Source: an uncultured Eubacteriales bacterium (GTDB taxonomy: Bacteria; Bacillota; Clostridia; Oscillospirales; Acutalibacteraceae). Taken from it: DNA of 64,000 nucleotides. A program made the translations under genes and the position numbers. The stretch lies in contig CAKSDI010000002.1 of NCBI GenBank assembly GCA_934445035.1, forward strand, positions 88,997-152,996, given 5' to 3'. Shown here piece by piece: positions 25,772-35,839 of this stretch. The notes beneath the pieces were generated by a model. That model was not told the origin of the DNA. It saw nothing but the letters and a program-made list of their open reading frames with translations, and searched no databases. How positions within the stretch are numbered: position 1 is the stretch's first letter; every line of letters begins with the position of its first letter.

Positions 25772-27322
25772 ATGAAGCATAGAAAAAACATTCGTCTTAA
25801 GCATAAGCGCGGTATTCCTATTCCTACAAGGATTATTTTTTCGGCGCTTTTTTTGCTTGTTCAGCTTGCAATATTTTTTGCGATTTTTTTCAATCTTTCA
25901 ACCAAATCTCTTTCAATTTACTTTTTATCGGAATTTTTCGGAATTGTAACAGTCGTTTATATAATAAACCGCAGGGGAAACCCCAGCTATAAATTAATGT
26001 GGGCGGTATTTATCCTCGTTTTCCCGATTTTCGGAATTTTCATTTTTCTTCTGCTCGGCGGCGAAAGAGTTATGCCGCATTTGAAGAAAAAAATGAAAAA
26101 ATGCCAGGAACACTATCTTCCTTTGCTTGAAAAAAACACGGAGGTTTCAAAAAAATTAAGATATAATGATCCCCGCCATGCAAGGCAGTCGGAATTTCTC
26201 ACTAACGAGGCGGGCTATCCTTTGACTGATACTTCATCGCTTGAATATCTCTCTCCCGGAGAAAAGTTTTTCCCGAGGTTTTTAGAAGAGCTTGAAAGCG
26301 CGCAAAAGTACATATTTATCGAGTTCTTCATTATCGCCGAGGGTAAGATGTGGGACGGCGTGTATAAGATCCTCTGTGAAAAAGCCAAAGCAGGCGTTGA
26401 AGTTAAAGTGATGTTTGATGATTTCGGATCTATCAAGCGCCAACACAAGGATTTTATTTCAAGACTTAATTCAAACGGAATAGAAGTTGCTGTTTTCAAT
26501 AAAATAAGGCCTTCTTTCAATATTTTTATGAACAACAGAAATCATAGAAAGATTGCTGTGATAGACGGTAAAACTGCCGTAACCGGCGGCCTTAACCTTG
26601 CTGACGAATATATCAATCAGTTTAAAAGATTCGGCTATTGGATGGATTGCGCTGCAATTATCAAAGGCGAGGCTGTTAAAAGCTTTCTTGCGATGTTTTG
26701 CACCACCTGGGAATTCACAACAGGCGAAATGATAGATATGAAATCTCATATCGCAGATTTTAAGGTTTCTTCCGAGGGATTTGTTCAGCCTTATTGCGAC
26801 GGTCCCTTAAATTCGAGAAATCCCGCCGAGGGAATCTATATGTCAATTCTTAACACTGCGGAAGATTATGTTTATATCGCAACGCCTTATCTTATTATAG
26901 ATAATACTATGCTGACAACGCTTAAAAACGCCGCAAGATCGGGCATAGATGTTAGGATCTTAACCCCGTTTATCCCCGATAAGTGGTATGTTCATCCGGT
27001 CACGCAGTATTATTATCTTGAGCTTTTGGAGGCAGGGGTAAAGATATACGAATATACTCCGGGTTTTATCCATTCAAAGCTGTTTGTTTCCGATGACAGA
27101 ATAGCCACCGTCGGCACTGTTAATATGGACTATAGAAGCTTTGTTTTCCATTTTGAATGCGGAGCGTGGGTGGATGATATCGACACTGCGATTTCAATCA
27201 AATCTCACTATGAGCAAATGCTCAGAGCATCTAAGCAGATAACTCTCGAAGATTGGAAAAAAGAAAAGTTCGGCGATAAATTCAAAAGAACTTTTTTGCA
27301 TTTATTTTCTCCATTTATGTAA
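25772..27322 (+). CDS. cls: cardiolipin synthase (phospholipase D family)
   Basis: Two N-terminal TM helices. Two HKD motifs: NHRKIAVIDGKTAVTGGLNLADEY and IHSKLFVSDDRIATVGTVNMDYRS. I prefer ATG 25772 (GGAGGA 7 nt upstream) over the track start at 25730. Confidence 0.85.
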   Translation: MKHRKNIRLKHKRGIPIPTRIIFSALFLLVQLAIFFAIFFNLSTKSLSIYFLSEFFGIVTVVYIINRRGNPSYKLMWAVFILVFPIFGIFIFLLLGGERVMPHLKKKMKKCQEHYLPLLEKNTEVSKKLRYNDPRHARQSEFLTNEAGYPLTDTSSLEYLSPGEKFFPRFLEELESAQKYIFIEFFIIAEGKMWDGVYKILCEKAKAGVEVKVMFDDFGSIKRQHKDFISRLNSNGIEVAVFNKIRPSFNIFMNNRNHRKIAVIDGKTAVTGGLNLADEYINQFKRFGYWMDCAAIIKGEAVKSFLAMFCTTWEFTTGEMIDMKSHIADFKVSSEGFVQPYCDGPLNSRNPAEGIYMSILNTAEDYVYIATPYLIIDNTMLTTLKNAARSGIDVRILTPFIPDKWYVHPVTQYYYLELLEAGVKIYEYTPGFIHSKLFVSDDRIATVGTVNMDYRSFVFHFECGAWVDDIDTAISIKSHYEQMLRASKQITLEDWKKEKFGDKFKRTFLHLFSPFM

Positions 27323-27387
27323 AACCTCTTGTAAATTGTTTTGATTTATGATAAAATATATTCAGTATTAAAAGGTAGGTGCTGATA

Positions 27388-27558
27388 ATGAAGAATTTTT
27401 TAAAGGTTATTTTGGGGATCGCCGGAATATTAAGCGCGGCTGTGGGAGCTTTAGCAATTATAGACTGTTGCTTTAATAAGCACCGTATTAAAGGCAAATA
27501 TTTCAAATGCGGCAGTGATGAATCGATCGATGAAGCCGCAGAAGAAACAAACGAATAA
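27388..27558 (+). CDS. small membrane protein (56 aa), below the ORF-track length cutoff
   Basis: AGGTAGGTG RBS. MKNFLKVILGIAGILSAAVGALAIIDCCFNKHRIKGKYFKCGSDESIDEAAEETNE has one TM helix and an acidic tail. A terminator follows directly. Confidence 0.55.
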   Translation: MKNFLKVILGIAGILSAAVGALAIIDCCFNKHRIKGKYFKCGSDESIDEAAEETNE

Positions 27559-27568
27559 AAAAATTTAA

Positions 27569-27597
27569 GCTGAGCGTGAAAGCGCTCAGCTTTTTTT
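27569..27597 (+). terminator. intrinsic terminator
   Basis: GCTGAGCG/CGCTCAGC stem followed by TTTTTTT. Confidence 0.8.
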
Positions 27598-27598
27598 A

Positions 27599-27627
27599 TT
27601 GACAAATAAATGCTATTGTGATAGAAT
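27599..27627 (+). promoter_or_regulatory. promoter of the GntR-ABC operon
   Basis: TTGACA (27599-27604), a 17-nt spacer ending in TGa, then TAGAAT (27622-27627). Confidence 0.6.
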
Positions 27628-27632
27628 ATAAC

Positions 27633-27653
27633 TGTACTACATTATATAGAACA
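27633..27653. promoter_or_regulatory. possible GntR operator (imperfect inverted repeat)
   Basis: TGTACTA-N7-TAGAACA, with 6/7 complementary arms. It lies between the promoter and the RBS of the regulator gene. Confidence 0.3.
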
Positions 27654-27680
27654 CTTTGTGTTTTAAAAAGGAGGTAAATT

Positions 27681-28049
27681 ATGTTTCAGCTTGATTTGAA
27701 AAGCGGTCTTTCGATCTGCGATCAGATAGTTAACGGCTTTATCCGGCTGAAAGCCATAGGCGTTCTGAAAAGCGGAGATCGCCTGCCGAGCGTAAGAGCG
27801 CTTGCTTCTAAATTCTCTGTAAATCCTAATACCATTCAGAAAGCTTACGGAATTCTTGAATCAAAGAATATAATTTATTCCGTTAAAGGAAAAGGCTCGT
27901 TTATATCGGATGACAGCGAATCCGTTGCCGCAATAAAAGAAGCGGCAATGGAAAAATTCAAAGGTTCTGTAAAAGAAGCCTTTGATGTCGGAATAAGCAG
28001 AGGAGAGCTTATAAATTCTATAGAGAAATGGGGAGAGATCAATGATTAA
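27681..28049 (+). CDS. GntR family transcriptional regulator (YtrA-like short form)
   Basis: The HTH reads LPSVRALASKFSVNPNTIQKAYGILESKNIIYSVKGKGSFI. The protein is 122 aa. Confidence 0.9.
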   Translation: MFQLDLKSGLSICDQIVNGFIRLKAIGVLKSGDRLPSVRALASKFSVNPNTIQKAYGILESKNIIYSVKGKGSFISDDSESVAAIKEAAMEKFKGSVKEAFDVGISRGELINSIEKWGEIND

Positions 28050-28941
28050 GGCAGTGGAGCTTTCAAAAAAATTCGATAATAAGATAGCTCTCGATAAGGT
28101 CACATTCCGCATTCCGGATGGCTCTGTGTTCGGCCTTGTCGGGTCTAACGGTTCGGGAAAATCCACACTTTTAAGGCTTATTTCGGGAATCTATCCGCCC
28201 GATAGCGGAAGGCTCGAAATGAACGGAATAGCTGTGTTTAATAATCCGACGGTGAAATCACAGATAGCTTTTTTAAGCGATATTCCTTATTTTCTTCCTC
28301 AGACAAACCTTGATGATATGGCTGTGCTTTATGAAAAAATGTACCCGAATTTCAGCAGGGAAGAGTATAAAAGGCTTTTAGGGATTTTCCCTCTCGACTG
28401 CAAAGCTAAGCTTTCCTCGTTTTCAAAAGGAATGCAAAGGCAAGCGTCTTTGATATTAGCTCTTGCCTCAATGCCGAGGTATCTTCTTCTCGACGAGGCG
28501 TTTGACGGGCTTGATGTCGTAATGCGAAAGGTGCTTATTAATCTTTTGCTTGAAGGAATTGAGAAAAACAGCATAACAGCCGTTGTTTCTTCGCATAACT
28601 TAAGAGAGATAGAGGAAATGTGCGATCATATCGCGGTTATTCATAACGGCAAGCTTATCACAAGCGGAAGCGTGGAAGAAGCTAAAAATAATATCCATAA
28701 ATTTCAGGCGGCGTTTAATTCAGTACCTGAAATCAAGGCGTTCGATTCTCTTGATATACTCAAGATCGAAAGAACAGGCTCGCTTATTCAGATAATCGCA
28801 AAGGGCGATGAAAAGGAAATAGAAGCTTTTATAAAGCAATTTGATCCTATATTTATCGAATGTATTGAGCCTACTTTGGAAGAAACTTTTATTTATGAAT
28901 TGGAGGTGCTCGGTTATGATATTAAGAACATCCTCGAATAA
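28042..28941 (+). CDS. ABC transporter ATP-binding protein
   Basis: Walker A GSNGSGKST, signature FSKGMQRQ and Walker B LLLDEAFDGLD. It overlaps the regulator's stop codon. Confidence 0.9.
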   Translation: MIKAVELSKKFDNKIALDKVTFRIPDGSVFGLVGSNGSGKSTLLRLISGIYPPDSGRLEMNGIAVFNNPTVKSQIAFLSDIPYFLPQTNLDDMAVLYEKMYPNFSREEYKRLLGIFPLDCKAKLSSFSKGMQRQASLILALASMPRYLLLDEAFDGLDVVMRKVLINLLLEGIEKNSITAVVSSHNLREIEEMCDHIAVIHNGKLITSGSVEEAKNNIHKFQAAFNSVPEIKAFDSLDILKIERTGSLIQIIAKGDEKEIEAFIKQFDPIFIECIEPTLEETFIYELEVLGYDIKNILE

Positions 28942-30634
28942 AACTATCAATCCTTCTTTCAATATGTTTAAATTCACTTTAAGGCGAAACCTCGGCGTTT
29001 TGCTTCTTATCACCGCCTGTGCGCTGCTGATAAGCCCGGGATATTCTTTGATGAAGATCAGAGAAACAGTGGAGAATATGGGGTATTCTTCTTATGATGT
29101 TAGATATTTTATAAGATTAATGTTTTATTGCGGCACTTTTGCAGGCTGCGCAATTTCCGTTATCTTTAATATCATAAATTTCTCTTTCCTTTATCAGAAA
29201 AGATCCGTCGATGTGTTTTTGTCATTTCCGCTCACTCGGTTTGAAATGATATCATCGCGATTTTTTGCCGGAGTGTTTTTAAGTATTATCCCTGTCACAG
29301 TAGGTTACTTGGGACTTCTCGGAATTCTTCTATTCTATCCGCCTGCAGTGGGAAGTGTGGGAACATTATCCGTATATCTTTTATATTCTTTGTTTTCCAT
29401 ACTTATTTGTTCTGCGTTTTCTCTTATCTTCCTTGTTTGCGCAGGAAATGCCTTTGATTTTATTCTTTCGTTTTTCGGAATAAATATAGGTATTATAGGC
29501 ATTTCTTTTATGGTAAGCTATACTTTACAGCAAACGGTTTACGGCTATGATGAATCGGGCTCCGAAAATTTCTTAATGAAATACGGCTCGCCTTTTTCTT
29601 TCATTATCCGAGGCATAAAAAATTATCACGATAACCCGAGCGGGAAAACAGTTGTAATCTTTGTTATAAAAGCTATTATTTTGTCTGTGATTTTTTATGT
29701 GATAGCCTGCGTTTTGTTTTATCGCAGAAAATCTGAAAAAAGCGGTGAATCCTATGCTTTCAGGTTTATTTATTATGTTTCCAGCATAGTTTACGGTATT
29801 TGCGGAGCTTTCATAATAGGAATTCTTTTCGAGAGCGAAGTTGCAACTTTGAAGTTTGTTATCACCGCGGTGTTAGGCGCGCTGATTTTCTGTATAGCGT
29901 ACGGCGCGATAAGCAACCGCGGATTTAAGACGGTCAAAAAATCCGCTTTGCTCGGAGTTATTTCCTCGCTGATGATAATAAGCGTTATTTTAGGCGGACA
30001 TTTTGATATCTTCGGAGTGGTAAAAAAAGTTCCTGCCAAGGAAGATATCCAATCGGCGAGCATTAATTTTTCCGGGCTTAAAATAGAAGTTAAGGATTTT
30101 GATGTTGTTACCACTCTTCATAAAGAGATAATTCTTGATAAAAACATAAAGCGATTAAATCAGCATAATGACGGCGATATCCGTGATACTATAGATATTA
30201 ATTATAAGCTGAAAAGCGGAAACAAATTAGTCAGGAGCTATAATGTCGTTAAAAATGCGATGGAAGATAAACTTCTTTCTTTTTACCGCAGTTCCGATTT
30301 TAAAAATGCTGTGGAAGAAACAGCTTCAAGAAATTCTGCGATCGGGGCAGTTATCGATATCAACGGCGATAATTTAATTATTAAAACCGATGATTATAAG
30401 GCTTTTATCAAAGCTTATTTTTCCGATATTAAATCCGCAGGTAAATCTTTAGTTACTTCGGATGAATTATTTATCACCGTTCAGGAAAACGCAGATTATA
30501 GGGATTACAGCAAAAACTATTATTTCAGTCTTCCTGTGTCCGAAGAATTCAAGCAAACTGAAAATCTTTTAAATGAATTTATATTAAAATACGGATTTAA
30601 TAATAAGGACGATACGGTAGTTTCCGGTTCTTAA
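28916..30634 (+). CDS. ABC-associated multi-pass membrane protein (putative permease) with a C-terminal extracytoplasmic domain
   Basis: ATG 28916 has a GGAGGTG RBS. There are multiple hydrophobic helices over the first ~380 aa, followed by a soluble domain. Confidence 0.7.
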   Translation: MILRTSSNKTINPSFNMFKFTLRRNLGVLLLITACALLISPGYSLMKIRETVENMGYSSYDVRYFIRLMFYCGTFAGCAISVIFNIINFSFLYQKRSVDVFLSFPLTRFEMISSRFFAGVFLSIIPVTVGYLGLLGILLFYPPAVGSVGTLSVYLLYSLFSILICSAFSLIFLVCAGNAFDFILSFFGINIGIIGISFMVSYTLQQTVYGYDESGSENFLMKYGSPFSFIIRGIKNYHDNPSGKTVVIFVIKAIILSVIFYVIACVLFYRRKSEKSGESYAFRFIYYVSSIVYGICGAFIIGILFESEVATLKFVITAVLGALIFCIAYGAISNRGFKTVKKSALLGVISSLMIISVILGGHFDIFGVVKKVPAKEDIQSASINFSGLKIEVKDFDVVTTLHKEIILDKNIKRLNQHNDGDIRDTIDINYKLKSGNKLVRSYNVVKNAMEDKLLSFYRSSDFKNAVEETASRNSAIGAVIDINGDNLIIKTDDYKAFIKAYFSDIKSAGKSLVTSDELFITVQENADYRDYSKNYYFSLPVSEEFKQTENLLNEFILKYGFNNKDDTVVSGS

Positions 30635-30640
30635 ATAATT

Positions 30641-30666
30641 ATGCCGCGGATATCCGCGGCATTTTT
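30641..30666 (+). terminator. intrinsic terminator
   Basis: ATGCCGCGGA/TCCGCGGCAT palindrome followed by TTTTT. Confidence 0.75.
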
Positions 30667-30716
30667 GTTGCCGATTTTAAAAAAGTCTGTTATAATAAAT
30701 CAAGAGGTGAGTTGCT

Positions 30717-31379
30717 TTGGATATTGAAAAAATTTTAAGATGCGTCGATCACACGGAGCTTAAGGTCACGGCAACGATGAGCGATATTATAAATCTCTGC
30801 GACGATGCGGTGCGGTATAATACAGCGTCAGTGTGCATTGCGCCCTGCTTTGTAAAGGGAGCAAAAGATTACCTTAAAGATAAAAAAAGCATTTGCACCG
30901 TTATCGGTTTTCCAAACGGTTATAATAATACAAAAATAAAGCTTTTTGAAACCGCTCAGGCTTTATCAGACGGGGCTGACGAGATCGATATGGTAGCAAA
31001 TATCGGCGATATAAAAAGCGGCGGCTATGACTTTGTTTTAAATGAAATAAAAGAAATCAAAAAAATATGTGATAAAAAAATTCTTAAAGTTATAATCGAA
31101 ACCTGCCTTTTAACCGATGAAGAAAAGATCAATATGTGTAAAATCGTTTCTGAATCAGGCGCTGATTTTATTAAAACCTCCACGGGATTTTCTACAAGCG
31201 GAGCCACAATAGAAGATATCATTTTGATGAAGAATAATGTCTTCGGCGGCGTTAAGATAAAAGCTGCAGGAGGAATAAAAACTCTTGAAGACGCAGAACT
31301 TTTTCTAAATTCGGGCGCATCAAGACTCGGAACCAGCAGAATTGTTAAAATAGTTAAGGAGAATGAGAAAAATGGCTGA
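30717..31379 (+). CDS. deoC: deoxyribose-phosphate aldolase
   Basis: TTG start with an AGAGGTGA RBS. Motifs IDHTELK, IDMVANIG, FIKTSTGF (Schiff-base Lys) and KAAGGIK are present. Confidence 0.9.
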   Translation: MDIEKILRCVDHTELKVTATMSDIINLCDDAVRYNTASVCIAPCFVKGAKDYLKDKKSICTVIGFPNGYNNTKIKLFETAQALSDGADEIDMVANIGDIKSGGYDFVLNEIKEIKKICDKKILKVIIETCLLTDEEKINMCKIVSESGADFIKTSTGFSTSGATIEDIILMKNNVFGGVKIKAAGGIKTLEDAELFLNSGASRLGTSRIVKIVKENEKNG

Positions 31380-32100
31380 TTATCCTACCCCTCATATTAA
31401 CGCAAAACCCTCCGATTTTGCAAAAACAGTTATAATGCCGGGCGATCCGCAAAGAGCGGAAATGATAGCAAACAGATATCTTGAAAACCCTGTTTTAATA
31501 AACGAGGTCAGAGGTGTTTTAGGCTTTACGGGCAAATTTAAGGGCAAAGAAGTAACAGTTATGGCGAGCGGAATGGGAATGCCCTCAATGGGAATTTATT
31601 CTTATGAGCTTTTTAATATCTTCGGAGTTGAAAGTATCATCAGGGTAGGCTCGGCAGGAGCTTACAGCAAGGATATTAAATTAAGAGATATTATTTTAGC
31701 CTCCGCCGCTTCGACCGATTCGAATTACTGCTCTTCATTCAAGCTCCCCGGCACTTTTGCACCTATTGCCGATTTCGGCCTGCTCAAAAAAGCCGCTGAA
31801 AATGCAAAAAATATGAATTTGCCCTGCCATATAGGAAATATTTTATCAACAGATGTTTTTTATAAGGACTCTTCAGATCTTCCGTTTGAGAAAACAGACG
31901 CATATAAATGGGCGAATATGGGAATAAAAGCCGTGGAAATGGAGGCGGCAGCTCTTTATATCAATGCCGCAGCAAGCAATAAAAAAGCGCTGTGCATTTG
32001 CACTGTTTCCGATTCGCTTGTAACAAAAGAATCTCTAAGCTCTGATGAAAGGCGCGATACCTTTGATCAAATGATAAAACTCGCTTTAACTTTGATTTAA
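31372..32100 (+). CDS. deoD: purine nucleoside phosphorylase, DeoD type
   Basis: TPHINAKPSDFAKTVIMPGDPQRAEMIA...GFTGKFKGKEVTVMASGMGMPS resembles E. coli DeoD. ATG 31372 has an AAGGAG RBS. Confidence 0.9.
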   Translation: MADYPTPHINAKPSDFAKTVIMPGDPQRAEMIANRYLENPVLINEVRGVLGFTGKFKGKEVTVMASGMGMPSMGIYSYELFNIFGVESIIRVGSAGAYSKDIKLRDIILASAASTDSNYCSSFKLPGTFAPIADFGLLKKAAENAKNMNLPCHIGNILSTDVFYKDSSDLPFEKTDAYKWANMGIKAVEMEAAALYINAAASNKKALCICTVSDSLVTKESLSSDERRDTFDQMIKLALTLI

Positions 32101-32111
32101 AGAGGTAAAAT

Positions 32112-32525
32112 ATGAAAAGCACTTATTTATCGCTTTGCAAGACTGCCGAAAAGATATCAAAAAACGCCTATGCGCCGTATTCCGGCTGCTTTGTAGGTGC
32201 GGCACTGCTTACAAAAACAAACAAAGTTTACACAGGGGTAAATATAGAAAACGCCTCTTTTCCTGCCGGAATTTGCGCCGAAAGGTCGGCTTTTTGCTCC
32301 GCAATTTCTAATAATGAAAGAGAATTTGAGGCAATAGCAATAGCAGGAGGGAAAGACGGAAAATTCTCACCCGACTTTATGCCCTGCGGAATTTGCAGGC
32401 AGTTTATTTCCGAATTCGTTTCTGAAGATTTTAAAATTCTTATCTGTGATGATAAAGGTTATAAGGAATACACATTATCCGAGCTTTTACCGCGCTCTTT
32501 TAAAGGAAGTGAAGTTAAAAAGTGA
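32112..32525 (+). CDS. cdd: cytidine deaminase
   Basis: Zn-binding motifs CAERSAF and PCGICRQ. The protein is 137 aa. Confidence 0.9.
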   Translation: MKSTYLSLCKTAEKISKNAYAPYSGCFVGAALLTKTNKVYTGVNIENASFPAGICAERSAFCSAISNNEREFEAIAIAGGKDGKFSPDFMPCGICRQFISEFVSEDFKILICDDKGYKEYTLSELLPRSFKGSEVKK

Positions 32526-33820
32526 GAATGTATGATATTATCGCTAAAAAAAGAGATAATTTAAAGCTTACAAAAGAAGAATTGGCTTTTTTTATAAACG
32601 GCTATGATGAAGGTCAGATCCCCGATTATCAGGTTTCAGCTCTTTTAATGGCAATTTATTTAAACGGCCTCGATGATGAAGAAACTTCAATTCTTACAAA
32701 ACTTATGGCAGATTCGGGAGAAAAACTCGATCTTTCCACTCTCGGCGAATTCACCGTGGATAAGCACTCCACGGGCGGCGTGGGGGATAAGACCACTCTT
32801 ATAGTCGCTCCTATAGCCGCCGCGGCAGGCTGCACGGTCGCGAAAATGTCCGGCAGAGGTTTAGGATTTACAGGCGGCACTGTCGATAAACTTGAATCGA
32901 TAAAAGGTTATAATTCTTCTCTTAACCCGGAAGAATTTGAAAATCAGGTAAAAAATATCGGAATTGCGGTAACAGGTCAGAGCGGAAAGCTGACGCCTGC
33001 CGATAAAAAACTTTATGCATTAAGAGATGTCACGGCGACGGTGGAAAGTATCCCTCTTATAGCTTCAAGCATAATGAGCAAAAAAATAGCCGCGGGCGCG
33101 AAATCCATAGTTTTGGATGTTAAGTTCGGAAGCGGCGCTTTTATGAAAACTCCGAAAAGCGCTTGCCTGCTTGCGGAAAAAATGATTGAAATAGGTAAGA
33201 GAAACGGCAGAAACACAGCGGCTGTTATTTCCGATATGGATTCTCCGCTCGGTAATAATATCGGAAATCTTTTAGAGGTCGAAGAAGCGGTAAAAATTTT
33301 AAAATGCGAAGAAAAGGGAGAATTAAGAGAGATTTGCCTGGCTCTTTCTGCGGAAATGATCGCTTTGAGCAAAAAAATACCATTTGATAAAGCATTAGAC
33401 ACGGCTACTCGGATTTTAGACGAAAAAAAGGCCTATGCCAAATTCCTTGAATGGATATCGGCACAGGGCGCAGATTTAAGCTTTATTGAAAACTCGGATT
33501 TTAAAAAGGCAGAATTTTCGTTAGAGGTTAAAAGTGAAAAGTCAGGCTTTGTCTATAAAACAGATACTGCTTTAATAGGCAGTGCCGCAGGCGCTTTGGG
33601 AGCGGGAAGAATTGCAAAAGATGATAAGATCGACTTCCTTGCAGGAATTATAATAAATAAGAAAAAAGGAGATTTCGTAAAAGATTCAGAAGTGCTTTGC
33701 ACACTCTATTCAAGCGATAAGAATAAATTAGCCGAAGCAAAAGCGCTAATCTTTAGGGCTTATGAATTTTCAGATAAAAAGCCCGAAAAAACTCCTCATA
33801 TTTACAAAATAATAGAATAA
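32522..33820 (+). CDS. pdp: pyrimidine-nucleoside (thymidine) phosphorylase
   Basis: The MRMYDIIAKKRD N-terminus resembles Bacillus Pdp. HSTGGVGDKTTL is present. The GTG start overlaps the cdd stop. Confidence 0.9.
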   Translation: MRMYDIIAKKRDNLKLTKEELAFFINGYDEGQIPDYQVSALLMAIYLNGLDDEETSILTKLMADSGEKLDLSTLGEFTVDKHSTGGVGDKTTLIVAPIAAAAGCTVAKMSGRGLGFTGGTVDKLESIKGYNSSLNPEEFENQVKNIGIAVTGQSGKLTPADKKLYALRDVTATVESIPLIASSIMSKKIAAGAKSIVLDVKFGSGAFMKTPKSACLLAEKMIEIGKRNGRNTAAVISDMDSPLGNNIGNLLEVEEAVKILKCEEKGELREICLALSAEMIALSKKIPFDKALDTATRILDEKKAYAKFLEWISAQGADLSFIENSDFKKAEFSLEVKSEKSGFVYKTDTALIGSAAGALGAGRIAKDDKIDFLAGIIINKKKGDFVKDSEVLCTLYSSDKNKLAEAKALIFRAYEFSDKKPEKTPHIYKIIE

Positions 33821-33858
33821 AATTGAGTCCCTGCTTTTTAGCAGGGACTCAATTTTAT
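33821..33858. terminator. bidirectional terminator between convergent genes
   Basis: AATTGAGTCCCTGC/GCAGGGACTCAATT stem with T-rich flanks on both strands. Confidence 0.8.
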
Positions 33859-35567
33859 TAAAATCCTAAAAGCTTAGTTCCGGCATTGATAATTTCTTCT
33901 CTGCGCTTTTCGGCTTTTTCACAAGAATCGGAAACCGCGCCGATATAAATTTTTATTTTAGGCTCTGTTCCGGAGGGGCGGACTATGAGAGAGTCGCCGT
34001 CTTCAAGATAGTAGCACAAAACATTTGATTTCGGAAGATTGATCTTGGTTTCTTCGTTTGTCTTTAAATTTTTGCAAACGGATGTTTTGATATCTTTAAT
34101 AACCGCTACTTTGCTTCCGGCAATTTCCGCAGGCGGGTTTGCGCGGAGCTCTTCGGTTATACCCTTTATCTTTTCAATTCCGCTCTGACCTTCGCAGGTA
34201 AAGCTCTTTTGAGCGCAGAAGAAATATCCGTATTTCTCATAAAGCTCGAAAAGCACCTGCTTTAAGTTTTTACCCTTGGATTTATAATAAGCCGTCATTT
34301 CGCAGATAAGCATTGATGCCGTTACGGCGTCTTTATCTCTTACATAACTACCTGCAAGATATCCGTAGCTTTCCTCAAAGCCGAGAATATATCTGTCCTG
34401 CTCGTTAGTCTTTGCAAGCTCTGTTATCTGCTCGCCGATAAATTTAAAGCCTGTTAAGGTTTCGATAAGCTCACAGCCGAAATCAGCGGCTATTTTCTTG
34501 CACATACCGGTGGAAACTATCGTTGTAACAGCCACGGGATTTTTCGGAAGCTTGCCTGTTTCCTTTTTAACAGAGAGCATATAGTAAAGAAGTAAAACTC
34601 CCACATCGTTGCCTGAAAACAGCTCAAAGTTTCCGTTGACATTTACTGCAATTCCCACTCTGTCGCAATCGGGATCGGTTGCAAGCAGAATGTCGGGGTT
34701 ATATGATTTTGCCATTTCAAGCGCAATTTCGAAAACCTGCTTGATCTCGGGATTGGGATAGGGTACGGTGGGGAAGTTGCCGTCGGGGTTTTCCTGCTCT
34801 TTTACAACTTCGATATTTTTAATTCCTATTCTGTCAAGAATTTTTCTTACAGGCTTGTTTCCCGTTCCGTTTAAAGGAGTATAAATGATTTTAAGATCGG
34901 AAAGATCCATATCCTTTGAAACTCTCGAAGACTCGACCCTGTCTAAAAACGCATTTATAACATCTTCGCCGATATATTCGATAATTCCGCTTTTAAGACC
35001 TTCGTCAAAATCAGAGGTCTTAACTCCCGTGAAAATATCCACACTCTGCATAATGTTTAAAACATAGTCCGCAGCTTCGGGACCTAACTGACAGCCGGTT
35101 TCATCGTAAGCTTTATAACCGTTATATTTAGACGGGTTGTGACTCGCCGTGACAACAACGCCCGCGTCGCACTTTAAATATCTTATCGCAAACGAAAGCA
35201 TAGGAGTGGGCATAAGCTCTTTGTAAATATATACTTTCACGCCGTTAGCCGCGAAAACCTCCGCAGTTGTCCTTGCAAAAAGATCGGATTTTATTCTGCT
35301 GTCGTAAGCTATAGCCACAGAGGGCTTATCGCTTCGGGAGAGAACATACTGTGCAAGTCCCTGCGTTGCCTGAGCGACTGTATAAACATTCATTCTGTTG
35401 CAGCCTGCGCCTATCACGCCTCTGAGACCTGCCGTGCCGAATTCAAGGTCGGTATAAAAAGCGTCGTTAACGGCGTTTTCATCGTCTTTTATCTCTTTTA
35501 GCTCTTTAATAAGATCGGGATCTTTCACGGCATTTTTCAGCCAAAGCTCATATTTTTCTTTTATCAT
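33858..35567 (-). CDS. phosphoglucomutase/phosphomannomutase family protein
   Basis: Active-site loop TASHNPSKYNGYK and metal loop DPDCDR. The protein is 569 aa. Confidence 0.9.
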   Translation of the reverse strand: MIKEKYELWLKNAVKDPDLIKELKEIKDDENAVNDAFYTDLEFGTAGLRGVIGAGCNRMNVYTVAQATQGLAQYVLSRSDKPSVAIAYDSRIKSDLFARTTAEVFAANGVKVYIYKELMPTPMLSFAIRYLKCDAGVVVTASHNPSKYNGYKAYDETGCQLGPEAADYVLNIMQSVDIFTGVKTSDFDEGLKSGIIEYIGEDVINAFLDRVESSRVSKDMDLSDLKIIYTPLNGTGNKPVRKILDRIGIKNIEVVKEQENPDGNFPTVPYPNPEIKQVFEIALEMAKSYNPDILLATDPDCDRVGIAVNVNGNFELFSGNDVGVLLLYYMLSVKKETGKLPKNPVAVTTIVSTGMCKKIAADFGCELIETLTGFKFIGEQITELAKTNEQDRYILGFEESYGYLAGSYVRDKDAVTASMLICEMTAYYKSKGKNLKQVLFELYEKYGYFFCAQKSFTCEGQSGIEKIKGITEELRANPPAEIAGSKVAVIKDIKTSVCKNLKTNEETKINLPKSNVLCYYLEDGDSLIVRPSGTEPKIKIYIGAVSDSCEKAEKRREEIINAGTKLLGF

Positions 35568-35839
35568 AAACTTTTTTCCTCCGTATTTTATTATTTCTGA
35601 ATTTATTGTATTATTTTTTTATCCGTTTGTCAATATAAACAAAGGCGTTTATAATAATTTTACTTGACTTTTTAGTGCAAATGGTATAAAATTATAAATG
35701 TAATAAAAATGTTTTTGGTATAATTTACAATTTTCGACAAAATTTGTGAATATCCCTCAAATTATCGGTCTGATTTCTTGCAAATGAACCGATAAAAGTG
35801 TTATAATTTGTTTTACACTTATTTCGGTTTGGAGTATTT

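Noticed and set aside
27315-27605. A 96-aa minus-strand ORF.
   Set aside because: It is antisense to a better-supported small plus-strand ORF, and it runs through that gene's terminator and the neighbouring promoter.
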